DNA of 64,000 nucleotides, taken from NCBI GenBank assembly GCA_048882045.1, contig JBHLRZ010000001.1, forward strand, positions 32,001-96,000, given 5' to 3'. Position numbers and translations under genes: made by a program. This DNA is from Candidatus Thorarchaeota archaeon (GTDB lineage Archaea > Asgardarchaeota > Thorarchaeia > Thorarchaeales > Thorarchaeaceae). The notes beneath the pieces are model-generated. The model searched no databases, was not told where the DNA came from, and worked only from the letters and a program-made list of their open reading frames with translations. Position 1 is the stretch's first letter; the number at the start of each line of letters is the position of its first letter. Positions 27,758 through 37,587 of this stretch are shown here, piece by piece.

Positions 27758-28222
27758 ATGCCAACATATGGATATTCAATCATAGGCATTGACCCGGATA
27801 GGACTGCTATTGCTAGCGGAAGACACATGCGAGTTTCTCCAAAACAGTGTAGAGAAGTTTGCAATGAGATCAAGGGAATGATGCTAGACAAAGCCATTGA
27901 ACTTCTTGAACAGGTGATCGAAGAGAAAGCTTGGATTCCCTACCGACGTCACAAGAAGAAACGAGGACATCATTCGGGGATGAAAAAATGGCCTTCAGGA
28001 GGTCATCCTGTAAAGGCATCAGAACATATCCTGGGCATCCTAAAAAACGCAGAAGCCAATGCCGACACCAAGGGTCTTGACATCGATAGACTGCGAATCA
28101 TTCACGCAGCAACTCAAAGGGGAAGGACCTACAAGAAGTACATCGAAAGAGCATATGGGAGAAGCAGTCCGTATTTCGAGAACACTTCACATGTGGAGAT
28201 AGTATTGGAAGAGGTGAGCTAA
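27758..28222 (+). CDS. rpl22: 50S ribosomal protein L22 (uL22)
   Basis: VSPKQCREVC, NAEANA..KGLD and RAYGRS. Confidence 0.96.
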   Translation: MPTYGYSIIGIDPDRTAIASGRHMRVSPKQCREVCNEIKGMMLDKAIELLEQVIEEKAWIPYRRHKKKRGHHSGMKKWPSGGHPVKASEHILGILKNAEANADTKGLDIDRLRIIHAATQRGRTYKKYIERAYGRSSPYFENTSHVEIVLEEVS

Positions 28223-29139
28223 TGTCAGCTGTGAAGTATTTTATTGAACAGAACTCCCGAAGATTGGCAATTGATGAGTTCTTGGCAACTGAGCTCAACG
28301 CTGCAGGTTATGGTGGTGTTGAGATACGAAAGATGCCTATGAAGACAGAGGTCGTTATTCATGCCTCTCGGCCAGGAGTCGTCATTGGTCGTCGTGGTGC
28401 TAAAATCAGGGAACTCACATACATTCTAGAAAACGAATTTGGTATCGAGAATGTGCAGATCGAGGTTAATGAGATTGAGAACCCTTGGTTGGATGCCGCT
28501 GTGATGGCTTCACGGCTAGCCAGACAGTTAGAAAGAGGTGTTCGCTTCCGCAGAATGGCCTATTGGATTCTCAGACGTGTTATGAGAGCAGGAGCAATAG
28601 GCTGTGAAATCATTGTAAAGGGCAAACTTTCAAGCAGGAGAGCCCGATATCAGAAGTTCAAGCAGGGAACCATCGCAAAAACTGGTGAACCTGCAGATGT
28701 CTTTGTGGACCATGCCAACGACCTAGCTGTTCTCAAACCAGGGGTGATTGGGATTACTGTCCGAATCATGAGACCTGATGCCAAACTCCCTGGTGTCATT
28801 CAGATTAAACCGCCGAAGCCTCGCAAGAAGGAAGAGATTGAACTGGTCAAGAAACCAGATGATGAGGAGTCTGTTGAGGAAGAGGTTGGTGTCGAAGACA
28901 CACTCGAAGGCATCACAGACATAGACGAGTTAAGAGAACTTGAAGAGCTTGACGGTCTTGAGCTAATTGATGAACCATTTGAGCCAGCTCCAGAAGATGA
29001 GCCAAAGCCCGAAGTCAAAGAAGAACCTCCAGTGGAGGAGAAGACTGAGGCTGAGAGTGAGCCAAGTGAACCAGCTGAAGATGCAATCGTGGAGGATCTC
29101 AAGGAACTAGACGAGTTAGATGAGGGAGGAACTGAATAA
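28222..29139 (+). CDS. rps3: 30S ribosomal protein S3 (uS3) with long acidic C-terminal tail
   Basis: AGYGGVEI, RPGVVIGRRG KH domain, GCEIIVKGKL. Confidence 0.96.
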   Translation: MSAVKYFIEQNSRRLAIDEFLATELNAAGYGGVEIRKMPMKTEVVIHASRPGVVIGRRGAKIRELTYILENEFGIENVQIEVNEIENPWLDAAVMASRLARQLERGVRFRRMAYWILRRVMRAGAIGCEIIVKGKLSSRRARYQKFKQGTIAKTGEPADVFVDHANDLAVLKPGVIGITVRIMRPDAKLPGVIQIKPPKPRKKEEIELVKKPDDEESVEEEVGVEDTLEGITDIDELRELEELDGLELIDEPFEPAPEDEPKPEVKEEPPVEEKTEAESEPSEPAEDAIVEDLKELDELDEGGTE

Positions 29140-29351
29140 TGCCCGAACTTAGTGCGAAGGATCTTCGTAAACTCACCCAGGCTGAACGACAAAGGAAACT
29201 AGAGGAACTCTACGATGAGATGTCCTCCATCCGAATCGAGATGGCTACTGGTGGTGGTACTGAGAATCCCTACAAGATTCGAAACGTGAGAAGAGCAATT
29301 GCTCGTATTCTGACAATCAATCGAGAAGAAGAGTTGGAGGCGTCCGAATGA
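29139..29351 (+). CDS. rpl29: 50S ribosomal protein L29 (uL29)
   Basis: ENPYKIRNVRRAIARILT. Confidence 0.95.
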   Translation: MPELSAKDLRKLTQAERQRKLEELYDEMSSIRIEMATGGGTENPYKIRNVRRAIARILTINREEELEASE

Positions 29352-29632
29352 AAATAACTCCTCAGAATATTGTGAATCATGAGCTTGTTGGGTTGCAGAC
29401 TCACATAGTTGAATCAAAAGACCCCAATCATGTTTGCACGAGAGGTACAATCCTTGGAGAAACTAAGGAGATGATGGAAATTGACACAGGTAAAGTAACC
29501 AAAGCAGTTCCGAAGAATATCTGTGTCTTTGAAATAACACTCCCAGATAGTACAGTAGTCCGTGTAGATGGTGGACTACTGGGGGGAAGACCAGAGGACA
29601 GAATGAAGAAGCGCCTCAACAGGAGCTGGTGA
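29348..29632 (+). CDS. rnp1: ribonuclease P protein component 1 (Rpp29)
   Basis: NIVNHELVGL, GETKEM, VPK and RPEDR. Confidence 0.93.
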   Translation: MKITPQNIVNHELVGLQTHIVESKDPNHVCTRGTILGETKEMMEIDTGKVTKAVPKNICVFEITLPDSTVVRVDGGLLGGRPEDRMKKRLNRSW

Positions 29633-29634
29633 TT

Positions 29635-30003
29635 ATGGTTGAAACTAAGAACAAGGTTCGTAACATTGGCATTCCAAATGTGGAACCTCCTGAGAAGACA
29701 TGTGATGACAGGTATTGTCCGTTTCATGGACATCTGTCAGTAAGAAGCAAAGTCAGGGAAGGAATCGTTACCAGTACCCGGATGTACAAGACAATAGTGT
29801 TTCAGACTGACTTTCTCAGTCTTATCAAGAAATACTCGCGATACGAGAGACGTAGAACAAAGAGGCTGGCACATCTACCTCCCTGCATAGATGTGAAAGT
29901 TGGTGACACAGTGAAGGTTGTTGAGTGCAGACCCTTGAGTAAGAACGTTTCAGCTGTTGTCGTGGCAGTGAGTCCAGCTGAAGTGAGAACCGAGGAGGAG
30001 TAA
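29635..30003 (+). CDS. rps17: 30S ribosomal protein S17 (uS17)
   Basis: CDDRYCPFHG, KYSRYERR and ECRPLSK. Confidence 0.96.
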   Translation: MVETKNKVRNIGIPNVEPPEKTCDDRYCPFHGHLSVRSKVREGIVTSTRMYKTIVFQTDFLSLIKKYSRYERRRTKRLAHLPPCIDVKVGDTVKVVECRPLSKNVSAVVVAVSPAEVRTEEE

Positions 30004-30006
30004 TCA

Positions 30007-30429
30007 GTGTCAAGAAAAGTTGGAAGAGGAATCAGAAAATTCATACCTCGAATCGCTCGAGGGCTCCCAATAGGTGCCAAGATTTTGTGTGCCGACAATT
30101 CAGGAGCAAAGGAACTCAAACTGATCACCGTCTTTGGCTACAAAGGTAAGTTGAGAAAGCTGGGAAAGGCAGGCATAGGTGACATGGTCAACGTGTCAGT
30201 CACCAAAGGAAAGCAAGAACTTCGTAAACAGGTATTGCAGGCAGTCATAGTGAGACAGAGGAAACCATACAGACGACCTGATGGGACTTGGATGCAGTTC
30301 GAGGATAATGCAGCAGTTCTGGTAAAGCCAGGGGGTGAACCTCAGGGTTCTGAACTGAGAGGACCAATGGCAAGAGAAGTGACTCTGAAATGGCCAAGAG
30401 TTTCTGCTATTGCTTCAAAGATAGTGTGA
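30007..30429 (+). CDS. rpl14: 50S ribosomal protein L14 (uL14)
   Basis: CADNSGAK, RQRKPYRRPDG and FEDNAAV. Confidence 0.97.
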   Translation: MSRKVGRGIRKFIPRIARGLPIGAKILCADNSGAKELKLITVFGYKGKLRKLGKAGIGDMVNVSVTKGKQELRKQVLQAVIVRQRKPYRRPDGTWMQFEDNAAVLVKPGGEPQGSELRGPMAREVTLKWPRVSAIASKIV

Positions 30430-30438
30430 GGGTGGAAG

Positions 30439-30828
30439 ATGGTAAAGAAACCAGTAACAAAATCACCTAGGAAACAGCGACGGCGTGTTCGAAACGCACC
30501 TCTTCATGAGAAGAAGAACTTACTCAAGTGTCGACTTGATGAGTTCCTTCAAGAGGAATACGGACTACGTTCTCTTGTGGTCAAGAAAGGAGACCTCGTG
30601 AAAATCATGAGGGGGCAGTTTCGAGATACTGAAGGAAAGATAACTGCTGTAAGCTACAGGAAAGGCCGTGTGTATCTGGACAATGCCACACTTACCAAAG
30701 CAGATGGCAAAGAAGCCGCAGTACCGATTCATCCATCAAACCTCATGCTAGTGAAGCTGGAAATTGATGATGAAAGAAAACAGCTCATTGAGAGAAAGGT
30801 AATGAAAAACACGGAGGGTGATGAGTAA
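30439..30828 (+). CDS. rpl24: 50S ribosomal protein L24 (uL24)
   Basis: PRKQRR..NAPLH, KGDLVKIMRG KOW motif, IHPSN. Confidence 0.96.
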   Translation: MVKKPVTKSPRKQRRRVRNAPLHEKKNLLKCRLDEFLQEEYGLRSLVVKKGDLVKIMRGQFRDTEGKITAVSYRKGRVYLDNATLTKADGKEAAVPIHPSNLMLVKLEIDDERKQLIERKVMKNTEGDE

Positions 30829-31574
30829 TGGCTAGAAGAGGTCAGAAGAAACATCTCAAACGTCTTCCAGCGCCCAGACATTGGCCAATCAAGAGGAAGG
30901 AAGCAAAATTCACAACTCGTGTTATCCCTGGTCCACATCCAAAAGAGCACAGTCTGAATCTCGCCCTGATTCTTAGAGAGATTCTCGGATATGCAGAGAA
31001 CATGCGGGAAGTAAAGGCTATTCTCTCAACTGGTCAGATCAAAGTCGATGGTGTAGTCAGAAAGAATCCACGATTTCCAGTTGGACTCATGGATGTGATT
31101 GAGATCATAGATTCCAACGAGCGCTTTAGACTTCTACCCAAATTGAATGGTGGTCTTCGGCTTGTTAGCGTAAATGAGGATGAGGCAGGATTCAAACTCT
31201 GCCGGATTGAGAACAAATCCTTGGTCAAGGGTGGCAAGGTTCAGCTTGGACTTCATGATGGTCGGACCATCCTTGTAGAACCTGAGAAAGCAGCAGATTA
31301 CAGTACACTTGACACTCTAAAGATGGGTATACCGAAACAAAAGCTGATGAAGTCAATCAACCTGGATAAGGGAGTTTATGCCATTGTGACGAGAGGAAAG
31401 AACATTGGCATTGAAGGCAAGGTCTTAGAGATATCAAAGCGAATCGGCACACATGCAAGCACAGTGACTATCCAAGATCCTGAAGGCAACAGGTTCGAAA
31501 CTGCTCTCGATTATGTGTTTGCGGTTGGAAAGACTAAGTCAGAGGTCACTCTTGACGGAGGTGGATCTGAATGA
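30828..31574 (+). CDS. rps4e: 30S ribosomal protein S4e (eS4)
   Basis: HLKRLPAP, PGPH, FPVGLMDV and LHDGR. Confidence 0.97.
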   Translation: MARRGQKKHLKRLPAPRHWPIKRKEAKFTTRVIPGPHPKEHSLNLALILREILGYAENMREVKAILSTGQIKVDGVVRKNPRFPVGLMDVIEIIDSNERFRLLPKLNGGLRLVSVNEDEAGFKLCRIENKSLVKGGKVQLGLHDGRTILVEPEKAADYSTLDTLKMGIPKQKLMKSINLDKGVYAIVTRGKNIGIEGKVLEISKRIGTHASTVTIQDPEGNRFETALDYVFAVGKTKSEVTLDGGGSE

Positions 31575-32158
31575 GCATCGAGAATGAAGAGATCACAGAA
31601 GACGTCTTTCTAGAGGACTGGAAAGCCTTTCCGATGAGAGAACCATTCATTGCTAAAGTTGTCGTAGACATGTGTACTGGCGGTGGAGAAGCATTGACCA
31701 GAGCCTCCACAATCTTGGAGGAACTCAGTGGTCAGACCCCAACCCAATCAAGAGCTCGTCAGACAGTACGAGACTTTGGAATTCGTAGGAAAGAACCTAT
31801 CGCCGTACGAGTTACTCTCAGACACAAGAAGGCAGAAGAATTTCTGGTTAAAGCTTTGAAAGCCAAAGAGAACATCTTGCTAATCAAGAACTGGGACCTC
31901 GATGGTAACTTTGCATTTGGTATCGCAGAACACATCGACATTCCAGACGTGAAATACGATCCACAGCTTGGAATCCAGGGGATGAACATCACAGTATGTA
32001 TCGAACGCCCCGGATTCAGAGTGAAGCGAAGAAGGAGAAAGAAGACAAAGGTCCCACACAGGCACCGACTTACTCCAGAGGAAAGCATGGTCTTCATCAA
32101 GAACAAGTTTGGAATCGAGATACTAGAAAAGGAGCGTGAAAGGACATACCTGTTCTGA
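31571..32158 (+). CDS. rpl5: 50S ribosomal protein L5 (uL5)
   Basis: LSGQTP, FGIRRKEPI, GNFAFGIAEHID and YDPQLGIQGM. Confidence 0.97.
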   Translation: MSIENEEITEDVFLEDWKAFPMREPFIAKVVVDMCTGGGEALTRASTILEELSGQTPTQSRARQTVRDFGIRRKEPIAVRVTLRHKKAEEFLVKALKAKENILLIKNWDLDGNFAFGIAEHIDIPDVKYDPQLGIQGMNITVCIERPGFRVKRRRRKKTKVPHRHRLTPEESMVFIKNKFGIEILEKERERTYLF

Positions 32159-32166
32159 GGTGATCT

Positions 32167-32337
32167 ATGATGAGTCAAAAGAAAGAACGTCCAAAACGAA
32201 AGAGAATGGGCAAAGGCAGCAGAAAATGTGTCCGCTGCGGTACACACCAGGCTATCATCAGATCATACGGCTTGAACATGTGCCGACGCTGTTTCAGAGA
32301 AACAGCGGAGAAGCTCGGGTTCCGCAAATATCAGTAA
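32167..32337 (+). CDS. rps14: 30S ribosomal protein S14 (uS14, Zn type; not in ORF track)
   Basis: Manual translation [56 protein letters not shown]; GAGGTGA SD. Confidence 0.96.
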   Translation: MMSQKKERPKRKRMGKGSRKCVRCGTHQAIIRSYGLNMCRRCFRETAEKLGFRKYQ

Positions 32338-32353
32338 GGAGGCTAAGGAGAAA

Positions 32354-32746
32354 GTGACAATACTAGACCCATTGGCTGACGCAATGTCTAACATCTACAA
32401 CAGCGAGATCGTGGGAAAACCCGAGGTGGTTATCGCTCCTGCATCACGCCTGATAGAAAAAGTACTGCAGGTCATGCAGTCGAAAGGATACATCGGGGAG
32501 TTCGAAAGAATCGACGATGGTAAAGCAGGCCGCTTCCGTATCCAGCTCATGGGGCGGACAAACAAATGCGGTGTGATCAAGCCCAGGTTCCCAGTCCGAC
32601 GTGATGGATTCGAGAAGTTTGAGAAAAGATTCCTACCAGCTTACAACTACGGAATACTGATTGTAACAACTCCCGAGGGTGTGATGACACATCAGGATGC
32701 CAAGACTCGTGGGATTGGTGGGAGACTACTAGCATATGTATACTAA
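32354..32746 (+). CDS. rps8: 30S ribosomal protein S8 (uS8)
   Basis: [21 protein letters not shown] and GGRLLAYVY. Confidence 0.97.
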   Translation: MTILDPLADAMSNIYNSEIVGKPEVVIAPASRLIEKVLQVMQSKGYIGEFERIDDGKAGRFRIQLMGRTNKCGVIKPRFPVRRDGFEKFEKRFLPAYNYGILIVTTPEGVMTHQDAKTRGIGGRLLAYVY

Positions 32747-32759
32747 GGAGATCCGACAA

Positions 32760-33323
32760 ATGGAAGAAAATTCAATCTACGAACAACGGATCGAGATTCC
32801 CAGTGAATGTCAGGTTTCTCTAGAAGAAAAGACTGTTACAGTCAGTGGTCCAAAAGGTTCGCTGACCAGATCGTTTCCCGAACCGCAGACCAGCATCAAG
32901 ATTGAGGGCAATGAACTCATCGCAAACACCCACATCAACAGGAAACAGTCTAGAGCTCTGGTTGGAACGGTCATTGCTCACGTTCGAAACATGCTCACTG
33001 GAGTGCAGCATGGCTACGAATATGAGATGAAGATAGTATACAGCCACTTTCCAATCACTGTTGAAGTAAAGGATGATTCAGTTATCATCAAGAACTTCAT
33101 CGGTGAACGAGGCGTTAGGATCGCTCGTTTGATTGGTGATGTGGAAGTAAAGACCACTGAGGATGAACTATTCATCAGCGGGATCAACATTGAACATGTA
33201 TCACAGAGTGCAGCCAACATACAGCAAGCATGCAAAATCCGTGATAAAGACCGAAGAGTCTTCCTCGATGGCATCTATGTGATTAGGAAGAGGAAAGGCG
33301 AGGAAACTAAGGCAATCGTATAG
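32760..33323 (+). CDS. rpl6: 50S ribosomal protein L6 (uL6)
   Basis: GPKG, VYSHFP, NFIGE and KDRRVFLDGIY. Confidence 0.97.
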   Translation: MEENSIYEQRIEIPSECQVSLEEKTVTVSGPKGSLTRSFPEPQTSIKIEGNELIANTHINRKQSRALVGTVIAHVRNMLTGVQHGYEYEMKIVYSHFPITVEVKDDSVIIKNFIGERGVRIARLIGDVEVKTTEDELFISGINIEHVSQSAANIQQACKIRDKDRRVFLDGIYVIRKRKGEETKAIV

Positions 33324-33335
33324 GAGAGGAAATGA

Positions 33336-34130
33336 ATGTCAAAGAAACCAAAACTCAGTGAGGTCCCAGGAGTTGGACCAGCAATGGAAGAAAAACTTCG
33401 TGATGCTGGCATCAAGACAGTCCTCAGTCTATCGAAGATGGATCCAAAGAAACTCGCTGAGAAGGTGGAGGGTGTCGGAGAGGCCAGCGCAAAGAGTTTC
33501 GTATCCGAAGCCAAGAAACTGGTCCCGAAAGACAAACCAAAACCAAAGAAGAAAACAGAGGAAAAACCTGCGCCTAAGAAGAAAAAGGTAGAGCCGAAAG
33601 TCGAGAAACCGAAAAAGAAGAAAGCTACTCCTAAGAAGAAGGCTCCACCAAAGAAGAAGAAAAAGAAGCAAAAATTGGAAGTACCTCTTAGAGTTCAAAG
33701 GACAGACCAGCGAATTCTCAGGATTGCTCAGAGGAAGAAGAGGCAAATGCCTCAGTTTCGTCATGAACAAGCCCATAGATGGATTCGAGTAAATGACAGC
33801 TGGCGCAAGGTCCGTGGAATCGATAGTGCGACACGTGAGAAAAGGAGAGGACGCATTGCTATGGTGTCATCAGGTTATAGGACACCGAAAGCAGTGAGAA
33901 ACCTACACCCTTCACTCTTTGTCGAAGTCATGGTCTACAGAGCTTCAGAGGTGGAGAACCTAGATCCCGAAGTACATGCGGTCAGAATCGCAAGTACAGT
34001 AGGGGCAAGAAAACGACAGGAAATAATCTCCGCTGCTGACGCAAAACTCCTCAGGGTTCTCAACCCAGGAAGAAGTGACGAGATAGATGAGGAGGACCTC
34101 TTCACAGATCTTGACTTGGAGGTGGACTAG
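33336..34130 (+). CDS. rpl32e: 50S ribosomal protein L32e with N-terminal HhH domain and Lys-rich linker
   Basis: VPGVGP..VEGVGEASA HhH pair; eL32 core WRKVRGIDS..GYRTPKAVRNLHPS..RVLNP. Confidence 0.93.
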   Translation: MSKKPKLSEVPGVGPAMEEKLRDAGIKTVLSLSKMDPKKLAEKVEGVGEASAKSFVSEAKKLVPKDKPKPKKKTEEKPAPKKKKVEPKVEKPKKKKATPKKKAPPKKKKKKQKLEVPLRVQRTDQRILRIAQRKKRQMPQFRHEQAHRWIRVNDSWRKVRGIDSATREKRRGRIAMVSSGYRTPKAVRNLHPSLFVEVMVYRASEVENLDPEVHAVRIASTVGARKRQEIISAADAKLLRVLNPGRSDEIDEEDLFTDLDLEVD

Positions 34131-34132
34131 TA

Positions 34133-34579
34133 ATGAAACTCAGTACCCAGAAGAGATTAGCCGCTGACGTTATGAAGGTTGGGAAGTCCAGAGTCTGGAT
34201 TGACCCCGAGTTCGAAGACGAAGTAAGCCTAGCCATCACAAGAGATGACATCCGACGTCTTGTGGATGAAGGGGCTATTCAAAAGAAACCGATTCGTGGG
34301 GTTAGCAGAGGACGAGCTCGTTATAAATTGAACCAGAAGCGAAAAGGTCAGCGGGCAGGACCTGGAAGAAAGAAAGGAAAGGCAACTTCCAAGCTGAGCA
34401 GCAAAGAACGATGGATGATGAAGATTCGACCCATGCGTAAGGAGCTCAGAAAGCTCAGAGACGAAGGCAAAATCACACCCAGAGTTTATCGAGAACTCTA
34501 CTTGAAAGCGAAGGGTAATGCTTTCCGTAACACTGCTCACCTCAGAACATACATTTCAGAGAGGAGGCTGTCCAAATAA
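34133..34579 (+). CDS. rpl19e: 50S ribosomal protein L19e
   Basis: [27 protein letters not shown] and [10 protein letters not shown]. Confidence 0.97.
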   Translation: MKLSTQKRLAADVMKVGKSRVWIDPEFEDEVSLAITRDDIRRLVDEGAIQKKPIRGVSRGRARYKLNQKRKGQRAGPGRKKGKATSKLSSKERWMMKIRPMRKELRKLRDEGKITPRVYRELYLKAKGNAFRNTAHLRTYISERRLSK

Positions 34580-35331
34580 TGGCACAGGGACCAACTTACA
34601 GAGTTAAGTTACGAAGAAGGAGAGAAGGGAAGACGAACTATTATCGTCGAAGACGTCTTCTTCAATCACGTAGTCCGAGACTGGTTGTTAGAAAAACAAA
34701 TTCAGCTACAATAGTGCAGGTCATTAATGCCACTGTTATTGGCGACTCTACAGTAGCCTCAGCAATCTCAACAGAACTGTCCAACCACGGTTGGGTCGCT
34801 GGAACAGGGAACCTTCCCTCAGCCTATCTTACAGGACTCCTTGCAGGGCTTCGTGCAAAGAATAGAGGTGTGAAGGAAGCAATCCTAGATGTGGGTCTGA
34901 ATCCACCAGTCAAGGGATCAAGAGTCTATGCAGCACTCAAGGGTGCTGTTGATGCAGGTCTGGATGTACCACACGATCCTGAAGTACTCCCTGATGAATC
35001 AAGAATAACGGGAGAACACATTGTGGCATCATTTGAGCACTTTGGAACTGATTCAAACATGTTCAGTAAGCTTGGGAAGAAGAAGACAACTATCTCGACA
35101 ATTCCAAACAAATTCAAGACTGTCAAGAAAGCAATCGAAGACCTTCCTGCTGCTGAACTCAAGAAGAAGAAGCGGAAGGCTCCAGCCAAGGCAAAAGCCA
35201 AGCCCAAAGCTGAGAAAACAAAGAAGGAGAAACCAGCTGTCAAACCTCCACGTGCAACACCTCGGAAACCAAAGCCAAAGAAGCTCATTTCAAGAGGTAA
35301 GGGCAAGAGGGGGAGAAAGGGCAAGAAGTAG
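34579..35331 (+). CDS. rpl18: 50S ribosomal protein L18 (uL18) with Lys-rich C-terminal tail
   Basis: [27 protein letters not shown] and LKGAVDAGL. Confidence 0.96.
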   Translation: MAQGPTYRVKLRRRREGKTNYYRRRRLLQSRSPRLVVRKTNSATIVQVINATVIGDSTVASAISTELSNHGWVAGTGNLPSAYLTGLLAGLRAKNRGVKEAILDVGLNPPVKGSRVYAALKGAVDAGLDVPHDPEVLPDESRITGEHIVASFEHFGTDSNMFSKLGKKKTTISTIPNKFKTVKKAIEDLPAAELKKKKRKAPAKAKAKPKAEKTKKEKPAVKPPRATPRKPKPKKLISRGKGKRGRKGKK

Positions 35332-35343
35332 GGGTGACATGTA

Positions 35344-36024
35344 ATGAGTAGACAACAAAGAAGAAGGAGACAACCTCGAGCAGAGATTAACCCACTGGAT
35401 GATTGGGTTCCAAAGACAAAACTAGGTAGGCTTGTGAAAGAGGGACACATCAACTCGATTGATGAGATCATGCAGAACAATTACAGAATCAGAGAGCCTG
35501 AGATTGTTGACGCTCTGTTTCCCGACCTCAGACAAGAGGTTGTGGATGTGACCCTAGTGCAGCGCCAGTCTGACAGCGGACAGCAAAAGAGCTTCAGAAT
35601 CACTGTAGTGGTTGGAAATGGAGAGGGAGTTCTGGGAATTGGTATCGGTAAAGCACCAGAGTTTGTACCCTCTGTACGTGCTGCCGAGGCTCGAGCAAAG
35701 CTGAACATCATGATGTTCCGTCGAGGCTGTGGGTCTTGGGAATGTAGATGTCATGATCCTCACAGTATTCCATTCCAAGTGAAGGGCAGCTCTGGTTCAG
35801 TAAGTGTCACCCTGAGACCCGCTCCTAAAGGAACTGGTTTAGTCACTGCTGATGTAGGGAAGATAGTACTACGTATTGCAGGACTTCATGATGTATGGTC
35901 AATCACAAAGGGTAGGTCAAGGACTTCCTCCAATTTTGCGAAAGCATTTGTTAATGCATTGGCTCAGACCTACAAGATGTTACCACCACAAGAGTGGAGT
36001 TCAACAGGAGTTGCTGAAACATGA
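35344..36024 (+). CDS. rps5: 30S ribosomal protein S5 (uS5)
   Basis: WVPKTKLGRLV, RRGCGSWEC and PAPKGTGL. Confidence 0.97.
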   Translation: MSRQQRRRRQPRAEINPLDDWVPKTKLGRLVKEGHINSIDEIMQNNYRIREPEIVDALFPDLRQEVVDVTLVQRQSDSGQQKSFRITVVVGNGEGVLGIGIGKAPEFVPSVRAAEARAKLNIMMFRRGCGSWECRCHDPHSIPFQVKGSSGSVSVTLRPAPKGTGLVTADVGKIVLRIAGLHDVWSITKGRSRTSSNFAKAFVNALAQTYKMLPPQEWSSTGVAET

Positions 36025-36503
36025 GTGAGGAAGAAAAAGTCGTACTTGCAATTCGAGTGAGAGGTCAGGTAAGAGTCAAGCCACAAATAGCGGACACTCT
36101 GGACAAACTCCTACTAGGTCGTCTTCACCAGGCTCGACTAATCAAGGTCACTCCGAGTATGCAGGGGATGATTACAAAGGCAAAGGACTACATCACCTGG
36201 GGTGAGCCTACAGAAGACCTGGTCTTCAAGCTTCTCACGAAGAGAGGACGCCTACCAGGAAACGAGAGATTGACCGATGCCTATGTGAAGAAGAATTCTA
36301 ATGTCAGCAGTATCAAGGCGTTGGCAAAGGCGATTGCAAGTGGAAAGGCTACGATGGCTGATGTTGAAGGCTTGAAGCCAATATTCAGGCTTACTCCTCC
36401 AACTAAAGGCTTCAAGGGTAAGAAGAATTTGGGTGTTGGAATGGGAGGAATCACAGGCTATCGTGGGGAAGATATCAACGAACTGGCCCTACGTATGCTT
36501 TGA
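36021..36503 (+). CDS. rpl30: 50S ribosomal protein L30 (uL30)
   Basis: AIRVRG, KDYITWGE, FRLTPP..GF and GYRGEDINEL. Confidence 0.96.
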   Translation: MSEEEKVVLAIRVRGQVRVKPQIADTLDKLLLGRLHQARLIKVTPSMQGMITKAKDYITWGEPTEDLVFKLLTKRGRLPGNERLTDAYVKKNSNVSSIKALAKAIASGKATMADVEGLKPIFRLTPPTKGFKGKKNLGVGMGGITGYRGEDINELALRML

Positions 36504-36513
36504 GGTGAAAAGA

Positions 36514-37044
36514 ATGTCTTGGGACGATGATGACGAAACTCGAAGAAAAATCAGACGCTGGTTTGGTGACTTCCTACCTGAAGAGATGTTTCGTATGATA
36601 GAAGAGATGATGGAGAAGATGATGAGCGAAATGAACGAAGGATCACTGTTTAATCCAGAGTCCTTCGAAGAGATGCTCAAAGACCCAAATGGTACAAGTC
36701 CCTACGTCTTCGGATTCTCAATGAATATTGGTCCCGATGGAAAGCCCATCATCCAACGGTTTGGAAATCCACCAGGGAATGAGGGAATGGCACCTTCATC
36801 AACCCTTGAACCTCTTGTGGATGTGGTGGAGGAGAAAGACGAAATCATTGTAGTTGCTGAAGTTCCGGGTGTAGAGAGGGATGAGATAAAGGTCCGGATC
36901 AAGGGAAAAACCCTCACAATAAATGCTGAGAATCCTGAGAGACCCTATCACAAGGTCATAGAGCTTCCTAGCAATGTACAGAAAGAGGAAGCAAAATCTG
37001 CTATTCGTAACGGCGTACTGGAGGTTCGTCTGAAGAAGGCATAG
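36514..37044 (+). CDS. hsp20: small heat shock protein (archaeal Hsp20)
   Basis: PYVFGFSMNIGPDGKP..FGN, EPLVDV, AEVPGV and NGVLEV. Confidence 0.94.
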   Translation: MSWDDDDETRRKIRRWFGDFLPEEMFRMIEEMMEKMMSEMNEGSLFNPESFEEMLKDPNGTSPYVFGFSMNIGPDGKPIIQRFGNPPGNEGMAPSSTLEPLVDVVEEKDEIIVVAEVPGVERDEIKVRIKGKTLTINAENPERPYHKVIELPSNVQKEEAKSAIRNGVLEVRLKKA

Positions 37045-37059
37045 GATGGAGAGATATCG

Positions 37060-37509
37060 ATGCAAAAACGAAGATCAAAGAAAATCAACAAGATGCGAGG
37101 ACGCCGTGCAGCAGGCTATGGTTTCAGTGCAGGCCATCGTGCCTCTGGACAGAGAGGTGGAAAGGGGATGGCTGGATCCAAAAAGCATCACTACATCAAA
37201 GTCATGCAGGAGAATCCTCGATACTTCGGTAAGTGGGGTTTCAAGAGACCTCAGAAGGTGATCGACCATCCTGTTGCTGTGAACATCGGAGATATAGATG
37301 AAGCAGCAGATAGACTCGTCGCCCAAGAGCTAGCTACTATGACTGGAAAGAAATACAATATTGATGTTTCGCGGTTGGGCATAGACAGGATTCTGGGATC
37401 TGGAAAGGTAACCCGTAAGCTCAACCTGACAGGTGTGAAGTCTATTACACCGAGAGCCAGAGAAAAGGTCACTGGTGGCGGTGGTACAGTCGACCTTCCT
37501 GAGGAATAG
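37060..37509 (+). CDS. rpl15: 50S ribosomal protein L15 (uL15)
   Basis: GQRGGKGMAGSKKHH, YFGKWGF and ILGSG. Confidence 0.96.
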   Translation: MQKRRSKKINKMRGRRAAGYGFSAGHRASGQRGGKGMAGSKKHHYIKVMQENPRYFGKWGFKRPQKVIDHPVAVNIGDIDEAADRLVAQELATMTGKKYNIDVSRLGIDRILGSGKVTRKLNLTGVKSITPRAREKVTGGGGTVDLPEE

Positions 37510-37587
37510 TACGGTTTCATTCTGACCAGTACGTTTTAAAGGAGAGGCCATCTGGAACCCGAAAAGTACCTGCAGGAGGCACAAGGA

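Noticed and set aside
32136-32357. 73-aa ORF in the track
   Set aside because: Wrong frame; the real gene is rps14 at 32167-32337.
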